Origin: Somniosus microcephalus
Lineage: Eukaryota
NCBI GenBank assembly: GCA_052327205.1
Contig: CM126214.1
Span: 174,778,001 to 174,842,000, forward strand
DNA: 64,000 nt
Direction of reading: 5' to 3'
How positions within the stretch are numbered: position 1 is the stretch's first letter; each line of letters begins with the position of its first letter. The position numbers and the translations under genes were made by a program. Positions 1-13,960 of the stretch are shown here, one piece after another. The notes beneath the pieces were generated by a model that was not told where the DNA came from, ran no database searches, and was given only the letters and a program-made list of their open reading frames with translations.

Positions 1-63
1 CAGTTTCATTTATGCGTGAAATTTAACATTGAAAAAGCCAATCCCAGGCTGCATGGGACTGGC

Positions 64-665
64 AGAGGGAATGTTGAATGGGAAGAGGCCATTTAGCCCC
101 TCCAGCCACTTCCACCATTCAGTTAGATCATAGCTGATCTGTACCTCAAACCCATTTACTCACCTTTGCTGCATATCGCTGCATATCGGAGAAGCATCCG
201 GGAAGGCACGGAAAACCCCGCGTCTCTTCGCCGGGAGCAAGAGCAAGCAGAAACAGTGCAAGGAGCGCACGTCAGCCCAAGCACCCCACCCACCCGCCCC
301 TTCAACCACCGTCTGCCCCACCTGTGACAGAGACTGTAGGTCCCGCATTGGACTCATCAAATCAAATCAAATCAAATCAACTTTTATTGTCATTGTTAGT
401 GCACAAGTGCAGTACAACGAAATGTAGACTGAGAACTCATTTTTAATGTGGAAGCAAGTCATCCTCGGTTACGAGAGACTGCCTAAGAAGAAGAGGAGGA
501 AGAAGACATCCCTTGATACCATTACCTAACAAAAATCTATTGATCGCAATCTTGCAAGCTTCAACTGACCCCCAGCATCCAAAACCTTTTGGGGGAAGAT
601 AATTCCAGATATCTACTACCCTTTGTGTGAAAAAGTGCTTCCTGAGTTCACTCCTAAATGGCCTC
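64..665 (-). mobile_element. CR1-type LINE 3' end, interrupted by an RTE-like insertion
   Basis: gaggccatttagcccctc...gatcatagctgatct (85-140) and cccttgatacc...gtgaaaaagtgcttcct (510-645) match the other CR1 tails in the window. Confidence 0.8.
188..506 (+). mobile_element. RTE-like LINE 3' end
   Basis: Encodes CPTCDRDCRSRIGLI..LRTH (C2H2-like ORF end), then a short UTR and an (AAG)n tail. Confidence 0.7.
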
Positions 666-3600
666 CTATCTACTTGGGACAGTAAAGCAAAAGAGTGCAG
701 AACAGTTCAGAAAACTGAAATTTACCTCATCGTCAATTTTTCTAAAAATGCAACTGATGATCCGAGGCTTGTGTGCTTCACACTGCAGCCATCCGAGCCA
801 TGTTATACTCTCTGACCAGCAGCAAGGTGCAGCAACAGTGATCCTCTGCACATGCATGCTTCGACACTGCTATCCCAAGCTGTCAGGTTTTAATGTCACA
901 TTAGGGCAGGACAGATGATGCTGCCACTTTCTTAATCCTACGAAGTTACACAAGTTTGCAGGGAGTCCAATGGATCCCTAGCACTTTTAAACTGTGGCTT
1001 GTTACCCAACTAGAGTCATACTGCAACTGATACAAACTCCAACTGCTACAAGATAGCCTCTTGTCATGGTTTCAGCGCCACTTGCCTTTGCAACGCTCAA
1101 AAGGACTTAAACCAATTTAGATCATCTTTTTTCTGCAGCCAAATTATTACCTAATCCTTCGGGATTAATTGGACACCCAATTTATACTGCCACTTTAGTA
1201 CTGATGCCCAACCAAAACGATTGTATATCGATGCGAATGTGGTAGTCTAACTGCACTATCAGTTTACAATCCCATTGAAAACTATTTTAACTGTGTGAGA
1301 AATTAAATCTAAAGTGGCCCAAATGCTCTGCTTGGAGTCAAATTATTATCTGAGTAAATCATGTGGATAACAATATTATCTTGAATGTTGGGGTCTTGCT
1401 AATATTTTATTAATGTGCCGCATTGTATTAGCAGCCAACAGCCTCGCATAAAGAAGCTCAAAATCAGTCTCTAATCAGAATCAAGACATTTTAGATTTCT
1501 CCTTATAACTCGGGGTTTTAAAAAATCTTTTATTTTTGAACCAGCTAATATAATACTGTTTGGCAACAGAACAATAAGATAAAGACTTCTCTAAATTAGT
1601 TGATGTGACATAGAACCTTTTGTTCTATTTAGCTAAAGGGATTGTGAAAGAATTGTTGGTGGATTTCCACGCCAGTTTGAGCATTGTAGTAGAATGCTGT
1701 GACATTAAAGTTAATGTGCAAAAAACAGGGTCAATTCAACGATCTACTTCCCAGTTGGACTGGGATAAATGAAACCCTGCAGGTCCCTTAACATGATCTT
1801 GGACAGTTTGGGTTTCAACAGTATGTTTTATTTTCGCAATCAGCCTTCTAACATCATGCCAACAGAACATCGCCGGATTAAAACTGGCTTCATCGCGAGG
1901 AACTGTGGCTTGGAAGGCCCGGTGTCACCTCGCCCTCCACAAACTGCAGCAATCTTGAGATACGATTCGCTCGCTTTTCACCGTATGCTGTGTCAGTGCA
2001 CCCGAAGGTTCAAGTGTTACCACAGCTTCCGGTGGCATGATGCACAAGCCGGCAGACCTGAGTTATACCGGGGGGGGCTTCGCCTCACACTGAACTCCAT
2101 GGCAACCAAGAAATGTGCATGCATGCTTTAAGTGGACTCTGGAGTCAGATTGCAGCTTAACTCCCAAGTTATGCTACCGTTGTCATCGTTTAAGCGCACC
2201 CAAAATAACACTCCACATTGATGCCAACGTGGAAATATAGCTGCAGTTTCAGAAGCCTGCCGGGCCCCGCTGTGTTAAGGTGAACTGACCCCGAATGAAA
2301 CCGTCGCATTTCCGACTGAAACTGAACATTGTTTATCTACGATATTTGGCGACAAGACTGTGTGTGGGCGGGGGGGGGGGGGGTTATCAAATAAGAACTA
2401 TGGGCTTTAAGACTATCGTATCCCTTAGTATTTAATAATGTATCATTTGCACCACAATTTTTGGAATGTCATCATTTTATTGGTACCCTATTCCTATTGG
2501 CAACATTTTATCTGCCTCCTTCATTTATTGCAATCAACGAATGTGCTCGAATTCAAAACCAATTTATGGCGTTTCAGTCATTTTGAAGAAAGTTGAATTG
2601 GGTGGAGTCCCGGTGGAATTTGTGTCCCGTTTTAATAAAATGTTTTCGGGTGATTATTTGATCGCATTCCTTAAATAAAAACAAATCCAGGCCATCGATT
2701 TGCAAGTTAGTGATGAAGCTGGTCATGTAGATGTCCAATAGTTCCCTGATAGTGTCAAGTAGCTTTCTAAATATTCTCCGTCCAAGACCTGAATTACTGG
2801 CTGCAAACTCTGTTCATTATTGATAGTAAAACGCCACTTAGGTTTCTCGGAGTTAAATACAAACAGTTATTAAGTAAAAGTTCCCTTGGCTTTAGTTTCA
2901 GCACAAGGCCTTTGGACTGGAGAGTGGGGACCACTCGGTAATCGTTTAATTTGTGCTGAGTTGCTGTCGTTTAGCTGATTATTAGGATTTGGGTAACTAT
3001 TTAACAGAGGTGCATGCATTTCTATCGCTGCTTATTTTTTGATTTCTAAAAGACGACGATGCAACGCATATGCACTCTCCCCAACAGCGAGAAAGATGAA
3101 ATATTAAATAGTCCATTGTTGCATCGTTATTTGTATATATCTGTTGTATATCACCCAGAGGTGCAATGGAAGAAATGTGCAAGCAATTTTAATTGAGTTT
3201 TCGAAATGGTCTTCGCCTACATGTGACATAATTCCCATATAAACTGGTTACAGGTGACATTGCTTGAGGCTGTTGCCTCGGTCTATTTCAACACAACTGC
3301 GTTCATTTCTAGACTGTGCCAAAAAGTATTTTAATAATTGTACCTTTTTGCTATGGATTAAAATATTAATTTGCGCACGAAATCTATTACGAGTGAATAA
3401 ATATAAATGCACGCCCGCGGAATATATTGGATCAACAATGTAACTTTTGGTAATATTCGTTTTGTCAATTTCACGTTAGTTTCATAAATCAACTGGAGCC
3501 CCGAATCTATCGGTAACTTTATTACTTTAATAACGTTAAAGTAACTTTTAATAGAAATCAAAATGCGAGTGGGGTTTAAAAAGTTTGCATTATATAAATA

Positions 3601-6372
3601 TTAATATATGTTAATCATGCTAAATTAAAGAGATAACACAGCCCTGAAATCCAAGAGTGACCCTTGTACCCGGTTTTCCCCCAGCTCTATATATTATGTT
3701 TAATTTTCGATGCTAGTGGTATCACCAGAATTGATTGTTGGATGGGAATCTCGTTACATTTGTGTAAGTTTACGATGCCGTCTTGATAAAGGGGCTAGAA
3801 AGGTGTTTCCCTGACAGCCCTGTGGGAATCGCAGTGCTGGAGCAATGGCAGGACTATTCACGGCGACCCTTAGCAAATCTGACCCCCAATATGTCCATAC
3901 CGCTGTAACGAAATGAGTAAGTATTGTCAGTGTACTGGAGCACTCGTTGCTAAATGTAACAGATGTATTGCTCATTCAAACGAGCTATCTTTCCAGTTAC
4001 ATGCGGACAATGCAGATGAATCTGTCGCGTTTGTGCAATGTATTAATTACAACGTTTTGTTCAAATCGTTCCTCTTTTTCGCCGCATTTTTTTCAGAACG
4101 AAACTCTCTTATTAACGTTGAAGGTTTCGGTAACTGTGATGGGAAACCCATTTCACCAATGTCCCGTGAAGGCTAAAACTGAAAAATAACTTCCTCCTAA
4201 GAGTAGTGCATTCTTAGCCCAGACCTTTACCTTACATCACTTGGGAAACGAGAGAATCTGCGGCTTTGCCCCCAAGACAATTGTAAAAAGCCCGCATTGT
4301 TTTTTTTTAAATTATATATAATTTATTCCAATTTTACCAGAAAGGCATATTTTTTTTAGTGAAAAATCCATTTTACATACAGAAAAGTTGGGTTTAAACG
4401 AAAGCGGGGGAAATGTGGCATGTTTCACTCGAATTGATTGCAAGTTCTTTTAAAATGAATTTTGAAAGTATTTTTCGTCGCCAGCGCGCACAAGTTATTT
4501 TCTGTAGCTCAGTGTGATGGTAAGGTTGTTACTGCAATGCATCTACTTTTAGATGTAATATTTATTAGAATAGCATTTAAATGACTATTATAAATGCATT
4601 TTCTGATAAAGCATTGAAATGGCATTGATACCAGTGACGGGCGCATCCCTTTTCAGAAGGTGGCTGGAAGCTATGCTTCCAGTGGCGAGTTGCTATGTCA
4701 AGCTCTCAAATGTCTCAGCTCCCACACGTCTGTAGCTTTTATTAGTCAATATCTGAACAAATCAAAGGAGGTGGGGGAGAATGGGACAAGACCAGGTCCT
4801 GGGGGCGCCGCCAAGTCTGTAACCAGGACAAAGAAAACGCTGCGGAATATATTTATTTAAAAAAAAAGAACCATCAGCCCTTGTCTCGTTATACAGTAAC
4901 TCATCTTTATTCGGCGAAGATTTTACAATCGAATAAAAATTAAGTCAGCCGAACCCCGCAAATTCGGGGGAAATATTTCTGAAGCAATAGAATTTTACTG
5001 AACGAGACACTCGTGTAGACAGTTTATTCTTAAAATACTATTTGAAAATGGTGAAACTAAAGGAGAGATTGACGTTGCAATTGTTTCAGATCCCTTGTTT
5101 TATGTGAAACGGTACCATCAATTAGATTAGACACGACTGTTCCGCCAATAGTTTTCATGCACCGTTCCAAAATCACCTACCAAATCGCGCCTTTCTTGCT
5201 CTCTTGGAGCAGGGAGCTTTGGATCATTTGCTTATTTATTGAATCTAGTTTATTTTCTGAGGCCTCGAGATTGCTGGGCCGACTGATTACCGTTTTCTTT
5301 TCTGATCAAATGCTCCTATTTCTTCTTTGTCCTCGTTCAATATACATTGATCGCACTTCACCTCCAAACACTGCTCATAAGTCAGCTGCACGCTCCCACT
5401 CCGCCTTCTCAACTGTTGACAAAATACCGCGCAAAAGAATCAATTAGGCAAATGGCAAAAGTCTACTCATTTGCTTCATAAGACGCCGATGAGGTTTTCG
5501 GAAATGTTCAGATATTTATAGATGGTTCAAATTAAACGGGTGCAGATTCTTTGCGAACAGCCATCCAACAAGGGGTGTGCGAGTGATATAAAAAATACAG
5601 CTTGCTTTACCTGAAAACTACAACCGCACAAAAAAGGGACATTCCCAGAAAGCTGCTGCTAGGTTAAATATATTGTCGCAAAACAACATACATATCTTAT
5701 ATACTGTGCGTGTAATTATTTACACGAGTATGTATATATGTATATAATATGTGTGTATTTGTGCATGTGTGTACAACAACAATTTGCATTTATATAGCGC
5801 CTTTAATGTAGTGAAACGCCCCCAGACATATATTAATATATGACTATATATGTATATAAAACTTCATAAGAAATTGTCAGTCACAAGTATATATTCTAAA
5901 ATGGGATCATGGGATAATGTTTGAAGAGACATTTACCGCCGGGCTTCCAAACGCTCTTTCAGTGTGTGTGCCCGCCCTCACTCACTCGGCCACTTCCCCA
6001 CCTGTGAGGCGCCATTGGTAAAGGATCACAGGTAACGTTTTATCCAAATGTCTTCTTGTGCTCAGATATTGGAGCTTGGATTTTTTTTTTGTCTAACGCT
6101 AAATTTTAAAGCTGACACTTGGGCGCCGATTGTGCGGCGTTTCCCTGTATCTGAACCATCGTTAAATGGCAATTCGATGCCTTTTGTTTTACACTTTTAC
6201 CAGTAATAAAACTATCGCTAAATATGCCCGTTTAAACGAACGGACGCCTAGCTACAAACAAAGTTTATAACTTTCACTTCCAAATAAAAACGATCGCGCA
6301 ATTTAAATACGGATACTACATAACACACACAATATTAGTGTCACCACAGCGCTTATATATTTTTAAATCCTG

Positions 6373-6478
6373 TTTCCCACATTACAACAGTGACTACACT
6401 CCAAAAGTACTTCATTGGTTATAAAGCGCTTTGAGATGTCCGGTGGTCGTGAAAGGCGCTATAGAAATGCAAGTCTTT
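6373..6478 (+). mobile_element. Deu-SINE 3' tail fragment
   Basis: cattacaacagtgactacact...aaagcgctttgagatgtcc...gaaaggcgctatagaaatgcaag, near-identical to 7770-7875. Confidence 0.8.
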
Positions 6479-7591
6479 ATATTGCGGAGTCCTTTCGAGT
6501 TAACTTGGCTATTTCTAGAAGTGCCGCTCTATTTAAATGCCCTGTGGGTTTCTAGAAGCAGTGTGATTGTGGTGTATAAATCAGTGGGGCGAACAGCTTG
6601 AATTCGCTAACATCGGAGATTGGCCATTAAGTCACTTCTTTATCCTAAAATTAAAACACAGCCAAAGATTTGTATTTGATCTTGGTCAGAACCCAACAGT
6701 AAACCAAAGATATATGCGAATCTGCTGTTTGGTAAGCGAAAGTGCATGACTTACAGAGACAGTCATAAGAGGAGGACAAAGGAAATCTTCAAAATTCAAA
6801 TGGGAATGTTCTGGGAATTGGGAGGTGTCTATCGGGCCAGTGAATGTGGGGCTGTATGAAGTCTTTCCAAGCATGGCCTGTAAAGGCCAACAGAGTTGCT
6901 CCTTTAAGGATAACCTCGGCTCTTCGCCGTCTACTTAGAACATCGGAAGGAATAGACAGATAGTAACATAGACACATAGGATTTTTTGAAATATAAAATC
7001 TCTTTATTTTCAAAGATAATTGACTCCTTTAGATCCTAACACCGACAGAGAGTTATAACAGACATTTAACTGTCCTTGGAATCTGAATTGCTTAAAATGT
7101 GTCAGTTTACAGCTTCAAAGTAGAGGCCACCAAAGAAGCCTTTCACTTTTGAAGAGTATTTGGTTTCTCCGACGTTCCTGGTTTCGATCCATTTGATAAA
7201 AGCTGGCCTTATTTATTTGATTAGTATATATCACTGCAAAGATGCGGGAAAGTTATCCGATCTATACAGTGTGAAGATATGGAGATCCCATAGACCGGCG
7301 AGACGGAGAATAAGATATTTATAGATACAGCACAGAGAATGAAACATCATTCAGATACCAGCACAGAGACTGAGTACAAATAGGCAGTAATACAGAATCC
7401 CCGTACATGGATCAGTACAGAGATGGAGACTCCAGAGAAACATCAATACAGCGAGTTGTTGTTGTATCTTCACTCTCTTTCTTTGGAGAATAGTATATGA
7501 CATAATGGAAGGATTTGTAGAATGATTAACAGTCTGACAGACCAGAATATGAATGCTCCTTCCATGGCTGCAACCATCTTAGTAGCTAGCT

Positions 7592-7880
7592 CTCTTATCA
7601 GGTGGACGTAAAAGATCCCATGGCACTATTTCGAAGAAGAGCAGGGGAGTTATCCCCGGTGTCCTGGCCAATATTTATCCCTCAATCAATATAACAAAAA
7701 AAAACATTATCTGGCCATTATCACGTTGCTGTTTGTGGGAGCTTGCTGTGTGCAAATTGGCTGCCGCATTTCCCACATTACAACAGTGACTCCACTTCAA
7801 AAAGTACTTAATTGGCTGTAAAGCGCTTCAGGGCGTCCGGGGGTCATGAAAGGCGCTATATAAATGCAAGTCTTTCTTTC
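7592..7880 (+). mobile_element. Deu-domain SINE, 5'-truncated
   Basis: caggtggacgtaaaagatcccatggcactatttcgaagaagagcagggg...aaggcgctatataaatgcaag. Confidence 0.85.
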
Positions 7881-8419
7881 TCTGGCAGGAGGTTGTTATG
7901 GACTCCCACAACCCATACAATGAGTATCCCACTGGATACCAATGCAGAATTCAGAGTTGGAACTCCAGTCTCCACTTACCAAGACTGTCTAGGTAGTGTT
8001 TGAACCCTGCACTTTTTAACTCAAAGGCGGGAATATGATGACTAAGCCAAAGGCTTGCTCTTAATACAGAGAGTGAAACTTCACAAAGACACTAACATAG
8101 TGAGTCAGAGTGTTACAGACAGTAGCACACAGAGAGAGTGAGAGACCCCATACAGAGAGTAGGACAGTAAGGTCTCAGAGAAACTCCATACAGATGCCAA
8201 TACAGAGTGACCCATAGATAACAATACAGAGAGAGAGAAAGACCCCATATAGACTCCAATATAAATAGATCCCAAATATAATCCAATAAAGACAGTAACA
8301 CTCCATAGAAATACCAATACAATGAGGCTTCATACATACATAAGTACAGAGAGTAACACTCCATGTACACACCAATATAGGGAGTGCAACATACTGACAC
8401 CAGTAGAAAGAATGAAGCC

Positions 8420-8580
8420 CTACTCCCGCCTGAAAACCTACCTCTATGGCCAAGCTTTTAGTCACGCACCCTAATACCTCCTTCTGTGGCTTGATGTCAT
8501 ATTTTGTCTGATTACGCTCATGTGAAGCATCTTGGGACATTTTCCTACGTTAAAGGCTCTATATAAATTTGATTTGTTAT
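8420..8580 (+). mobile_element. L2-like LINE tail fragment
   Basis: aaaacctacctct...caagctttt...gtgaagcatcttgggacatt...aaaggctctatataaat, as at 56590-56750. Confidence 0.7.
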
Positions 8581-9479
8581 ATTCAGATACCAATACAGTG
8601 TCAACCCACAAAGCTATCAATACAGAGAAATAACACATACATAGACTAAAACAGAAAGAGAGACTCCTAACAGGCACCAGCACTGAGATAGTCTCCATAC
8701 AAACACCAAAAGAGAGAAATAGACCACCTACAGACATCAGTACAGAACGAGATATCACACAGTCACCAATTCAAACAGTGAAGCTGGCCCCATGTCTGCA
8801 GATGAGCAGAGACCTCATACAAATATCAATAGATAGTGAGACTTCATACAGACACTACAGAGATACCCCATGTTGACATCATTATATAAAGAGATAACTC
8901 ATAGAAACAGCAATACATAGAAAGACCCCAACAAAGACACTAGTACAGACTGTGAGATTCAGACATCAGTACAAGGAGAGAGACTCCATAGTGACAGCCT
9001 AGAGAAAATAACACCCCATACGGACACCAATGTAGAAAATCCCAGTCACCAGTGCAGAGATGGAGACCCCATAATGACACAAGGACAGAGAGTGAGACTT
9101 CATACAAACACCAATAGAGAGGGAGAGAGATGCCCTATACAAACACCAAAACAGATAGTAAGACCCCATACAGACTCTAGTACATCAAGTAAGACTGCAA
9201 ATAGAATGAGTACAGAGAGTGAGACTCCCTACAGACATTGGGGGCTGGATTCTCCTCTTAGCAGTTTGACAGCTGAGCAAGACTACTGCTCCCACCGCTA
9301 GCCCACTATACCTTCCTCCTAGGGCCCTCATTTGCTATGCAGAGCAAGTTTGGAGTGGTAATACTGCTCCTAATATGGTTACCAGCCAGTTAAAGGTGTC
9401 ATCAGTTTCTCAGCAGTAGAGAGTGCCAGCTGTCCCAAGAAGCAGCATCCTTGGAGGAGGGAGGGATGGGGGTCAGCAG

Positions 9480-11035
9480 CAGAAATGACTCCCAGATTTT
9501 CAGAGACATCCATGGATGTGTTGCTAACTGAAGTCGAGCTAGAAGGGATAGACTATTGGGCATGACAGGCAGGAAACCTCATAACATGGTCATTCAAGCT
9601 ATAAGGAGTGAGGTGGCAGAAGCTGTCAGTGCAATCTCCACCACTGCAAGAACTATACAGTGCAGGAAGAGGTTCAATGACCTCTCCAAGGTAGCCAAGG
9701 GAAGGCAAAGCATTCTTGCCAATTCACATCTTCTACCACTCATACAGCCTTCACGCAACTCTACTCTGTCAGCAACTGGGTGTCAGGGAAACTCACTTAT
9801 GCAAAAGGAAAGCTCTGAAAACACTCAAGCACCATCTTTACTCAAAATCACTGGCAACTCATTGTGCATGCCACAAGGGCTTCTGCAAGTCTTCAAGTGC
9901 ACTTCATTTAAAGGGACAATACAACTCCAGCTCTCACCATCATGGATGCAGACGCTCATATGGGGAAGTGTCTATGCCACTCATATTGGTTGAGCATTGT
10001 TTTCTCTCCCTCCAAAGGAATAGCTGGTCCATAACCAGTGCCAGAGAAATGGAATCAGGGAAGGGGCACATTACTGAAAGCCCTGAGTTTGCATGAGCAG
10101 GGAATGCTGGAAATCAGAGGCAGAGAATCAGGAGAAGCTGCAGAAGATGGTGAGCTTGGACGTGAGGTGGCAACAGAAAGTTAGTAAAAGCAAGGAAATG
10201 CTCATCATAGGTAGTTTTATTTGCTTACTCAAAAGTTTTGCATTGCCTTAACACCTAAACACTATTTCTTCAAGGGGGTATGCTAATGTGAGCACAGCTA
10301 AACAGATTCATCTGTGATTCACATCATTGGGGATGCCTTGTAGGAAGAGGCCAACCACACCAATGATTACCTTGGCATGTCCAGAGCAGAATTAGTCATC
10401 ATGGCCAGATCTTCAACTACTGACACTTCATTACCACCGCCATCATGGCATTTTATTTACTGCAACATCAGAGCAGAGACAACCACACTGGAGGAAGTAG
10501 TTAGGGAGCCAGAAGTTGTTCACTGAATGGAGCAATGAGAATGAAGACCTGGAAGTGGAAGAAAGGAAGAGTGTCATTTCTCCATGGAAGGTTGAGAGAC
10601 AACCTCCCTTCATGAGCAGCCTGGGGATCCAAATCTCAAATGTTCAGTTTTCAAAAGAGCTACAATTAGGGAGCATCAACCACATGTGGAGGCTGCAGAG
10701 ATGGGTTCTACACATATGGTTGAAAGGCGGACAAATGGGAGGAGTTCACTACCCGCATCAGCAATACATTGCAGGAAATTTCTCATGACCTGCAGAACAA
10801 CCTGGAGAGAGTGATGGTCAAAGAGATTTCTCGAGCAACAAGGCATCAGGAGGAGGTAGTAAAGACATTGGTGGTTTCTGGAGTGGTAACTTCCATTGCT
10901 TCCATAGATGCTTTGTGGGTCAGCCTGATCGCCACATTTACACGGGGCTTCCAAAACCTGAGTGAGGCAATTCTATCTGTAATGACACCTGCCAATAGCA
11001 TACCTGAGCCTTTGTCCAGCATCAGTGAGCTGTAA
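9480..11035 (+). pseudogene. Harbinger Myb/SANT-like DNA-binding protein remnant
   Basis: PRFSETSMDVLLTEVE...EVAEAVSAISTTARTIQCRKRFNDLSKVAK, frameshifted. Downstream coiled-coil-like ORF at 10769-11035. Confidence 0.75.
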
Positions 11036-11559
11036 GGATTGGTTGTAGATGTTGTTGTCTCTCCAGATAGTGGCATTGAGCCTGCTTCTTTCTACAACAG
11101 CAGCAACTTGCATTTATATAGGCTATAAAAAAAGGCCTCGAAGACTCCAAGGGAACCAGCCCAGCCAGCTGCCACTCAAATCTCATCTCACTCAGGGAGC
11201 ACCTTGTAAATCTAGTGGACTAGGAGCTTAACCTAGGAAATTAGATGGCACAAATGGTGGACACGGTGTTAAGGAAAGTAAACATGGCTTGGGCACATTG
11301 CATTCTGAGTTCATTTCTGTGTACCATTGCATTGCAATGTTTTGGAGTAGAATGATGCCATGGGTTTCTTTGAACTTCTGTCTTATGAAGGAAACTGACA
11401 GAATTCTTTGACAGTAAGGGACATCGTAAAGGGTGTTGGAGGAAAATGGGTTGATGTGAAGTGCTTTTATTTGCTGTGTCAACCTTTATTCATTGAATGT
11501 ACTGCGCTAGAAGGTATGTCCTTTCTCTGGTTGCTGGCAGTCTTGGTTCACCTTCTCCC

Positions 11560-12600
11560 CTTCCAGTGCACCCATCTCATGCTGTGGGGATGATGGAAGT
11601 GCTCACCCTTCTATCTACATCATCATCTTCTTCTGCTTCTGGATGCAGCACACCTTTCTTCATTGTGATATTATGTGGAATGCAGCAAGCCGTAATGATT
11701 CTGGATCACTGGTTGGGCTTTATTGCATAGCTTCACCAGATTTATCCAAGCACCTAAAATGAGGCTTGAGCTATAGTCTGCTCAATGATATTTCTTATAA
11801 TTGCATGGCCTTTATTATATCTGTTGTCTCACTCTGTCTGTGGAAGACTTATTGGTAAAATTTGCCCTTATTATGAAGCAACCATCCTCATGCATGGCTC
11901 TGAGTCATGATGGCAGACAAGGCAGCTTGTCACATGAAGAATTTGTCATGATAGCTTCCTGCATATTGGGCACTCACGCAGGATAAGGTGATTGACATTG
12001 CACACTAGTATCACATTAATAGAATTATATGTTTTTCTGTGCATAAAATTAAGGGGGTTATCAAATGGGGCTTTGAATGTATTCTGTCAATTGCTCCTTG
12101 TATCTGTGGAACCCTGCTAGTCTGTAGGACTAGATAGCTCTCTCTGTTTCTCTGGTTCTATTGGAAAGTATATAATTCGTGCAGCCCTCTTGAATAAGCA
12201 TTAGTGACCATGATAATTGTGTAACATGTTAACTGACTAATGTGACAAAGATCACTAAGATCATTAGATGCTGCCTGGGAGGATCCAGTTGCAAACAAAT
12301 TAAAGGCAGTGGTGACCTAGACAGGAACAGGAAATGCTGTGGAAAAGTCCTTCAGGTCTTCAGCCAACAGTTGACATATCTCTCCAATAGGATTTGGGGG
12401 GAGTACAACTTTCTGAGATACTGACTTTCAGAGCAGTCTAAGTAAAATCCTTTTTGATCTGTAAGCTGTAGTGAGTGTGTATCTGTATGTACCAACAAAC
12501 ATCTTCTGTGATGCCTCACTCTGAGAGTAACCAGTCTGGCCTCTTCCATTTCATCATCCTCCTGCGCTTCATTCCATGTCCCAGTCCAAAGCTGTACTTT
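11560..12600 (-). pseudogene. Harbinger (HARBI1-like) DDE transposase remnant
   Basis: The reverse strand gives pieces resembling GF.QIQGAID.IH, RKTYNSINV.LVC, AQYAGSYHD and RYNKGHA..RNIIEQTI..HFRCLDKSG, with stops and frameshifts. Confidence 0.8.
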
Positions 12601-13014
12601 TTACAGCACTACTATAAGTAGCAGCAAAGGTCCTGACAGAACCTCCAAAGCACCAAACAGGTCAATATGCTGCTGAGTAATGCCAACCTTCAATATCAGC
12701 AAAGAAAATGGCCACGTCCAATGGTATCTGCCTTAGGGATACCTTACTGGTGCTCCTATCACCACTTATATAATGGCAGTAATAGTTTGGGATGGAAGTT
12801 GGATAAAATGAGTCAGAGACCCATTTAAATGCAGCAGGATGGACTCCTGACAGTTCTTAAAGAGGACTGGCGATTTTTTTGAGAGGATAATTTGGTGCAA
12901 TATTGGAGCAGTGTTATTCAGGGAGTGGGCATGAAGCATCACAGCCCTGTTTTACTCCATTTATTGTCACAAATACACCCCAAAATGAGCAATAATCAGA
13001 GGAAAATCCAACTA

Positions 13015-13960
13015 CAGTATTAAGTAAGACCCTATACAAGCACCAAAATAGAAAGAGACATCATACAGACACAAATATAGAGAGAAAGACACTAATAAGA
13101 CACAAACAAAGAGAGATAAACCCTATTCAGACAGCAATATGGAGTGGAAACCCTTATAGAGACTGCTGCAGAAACTTAAGTCGCCGTAAAGACACCAATA
13201 CAGAGTAAGACCCCATACAGAACCCATTTCAGAGACTGCATACATATACCAATAATGGGTGACCCTATACAGACACCACTATAGAGAAACCCTATCCAGC
13301 AATTCAGAGATACCATACGCAGACACCTATCTAAAGAGTGAGTCCTCCATACAGACACCAGTAGAGTAAGACCCCAACAGACACCAATAACGTGAAATAG
13401 ACTCCATACAGACATCAATAGTGAGATCCCATACATACATACAGATAGTCAGACTGCATGCAGAACTCTGTATAGAGACCCCTGACAGACACCAGTAGCG
13501 AGATTGAGCCTACAGGCATCAATACCAAGAGAAAGCCAGTACAGACACCAACAATGGGAGTGAATCCCCATAAAGAAACAAGAATGGGACCCAATACATA
13601 CTCCAATAGAGAGACACCATATAGACTATACAAAGAATGAGACCACATAAAGACACTGATATAGAGTGACCCCATTCAGAGAACAGAGAGTGAATCTACA
13701 TACAGATACCCTACATAAATAATGTGAGCACATGAGATACCTATATGTAATGTGCGAGTCCAAGAATGTGACCTCATACAGAAACCAATAGAAAAAGTGG
13801 GAGCCCAGATAGAGGGTGAGACATGATGCAAAAGCCTTACAATTGGAGTGAAGGCCATGCACCTGTCAAAAGAGTGTGAGCTTCTATACAGAAGCCTGGA
13901 CACCCAGAGACCCTTTCTACAGTCTTACCCACTCAGATTGACTCAACATACAAACATCTT
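13015..13960. repeat. Same degenerate minisatellite, right part
   Basis: The same GAGACCCCATACAGACACCAATA-like units resume immediately after the Harbinger right TIR. Confidence 0.78.

Larger units (their letters stand above)
7270..9240. repeat. Degenerate ~28-30-bp A/C-rich minisatellite, left part (interrupted by SINE and L2 pieces)
   Basis: Recurring AGAGAGTGAGACCCCATACAGACACCAATAC-like units. Confidence 0.75.
9241..13014. mobile_element. Decayed autonomous PIF/Harbinger DNA transposon
   Basis: TIRs GGGCTGGATTCTCCTCT (9242) and AGAGGAAAATCCAAC (12998-13012). Convergent Myb/SANT and DDE transposase remnants inside. Confidence 0.85.

Noticed and set aside
1916-2266. Possible inverted repeat (ggcccgg..aaactgcagc / gctgcagttt..ccgggcc)
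   Set aside because: The matches are short, unequally spaced and have no TSD. Too weak to call a MITE.
8105-8758. Hydrophobic Cys/Val/Tyr-rich minus-strand ORFs (also 13176-13903)
   Set aside because: They are translations of the strand-biased degenerate minisatellite.
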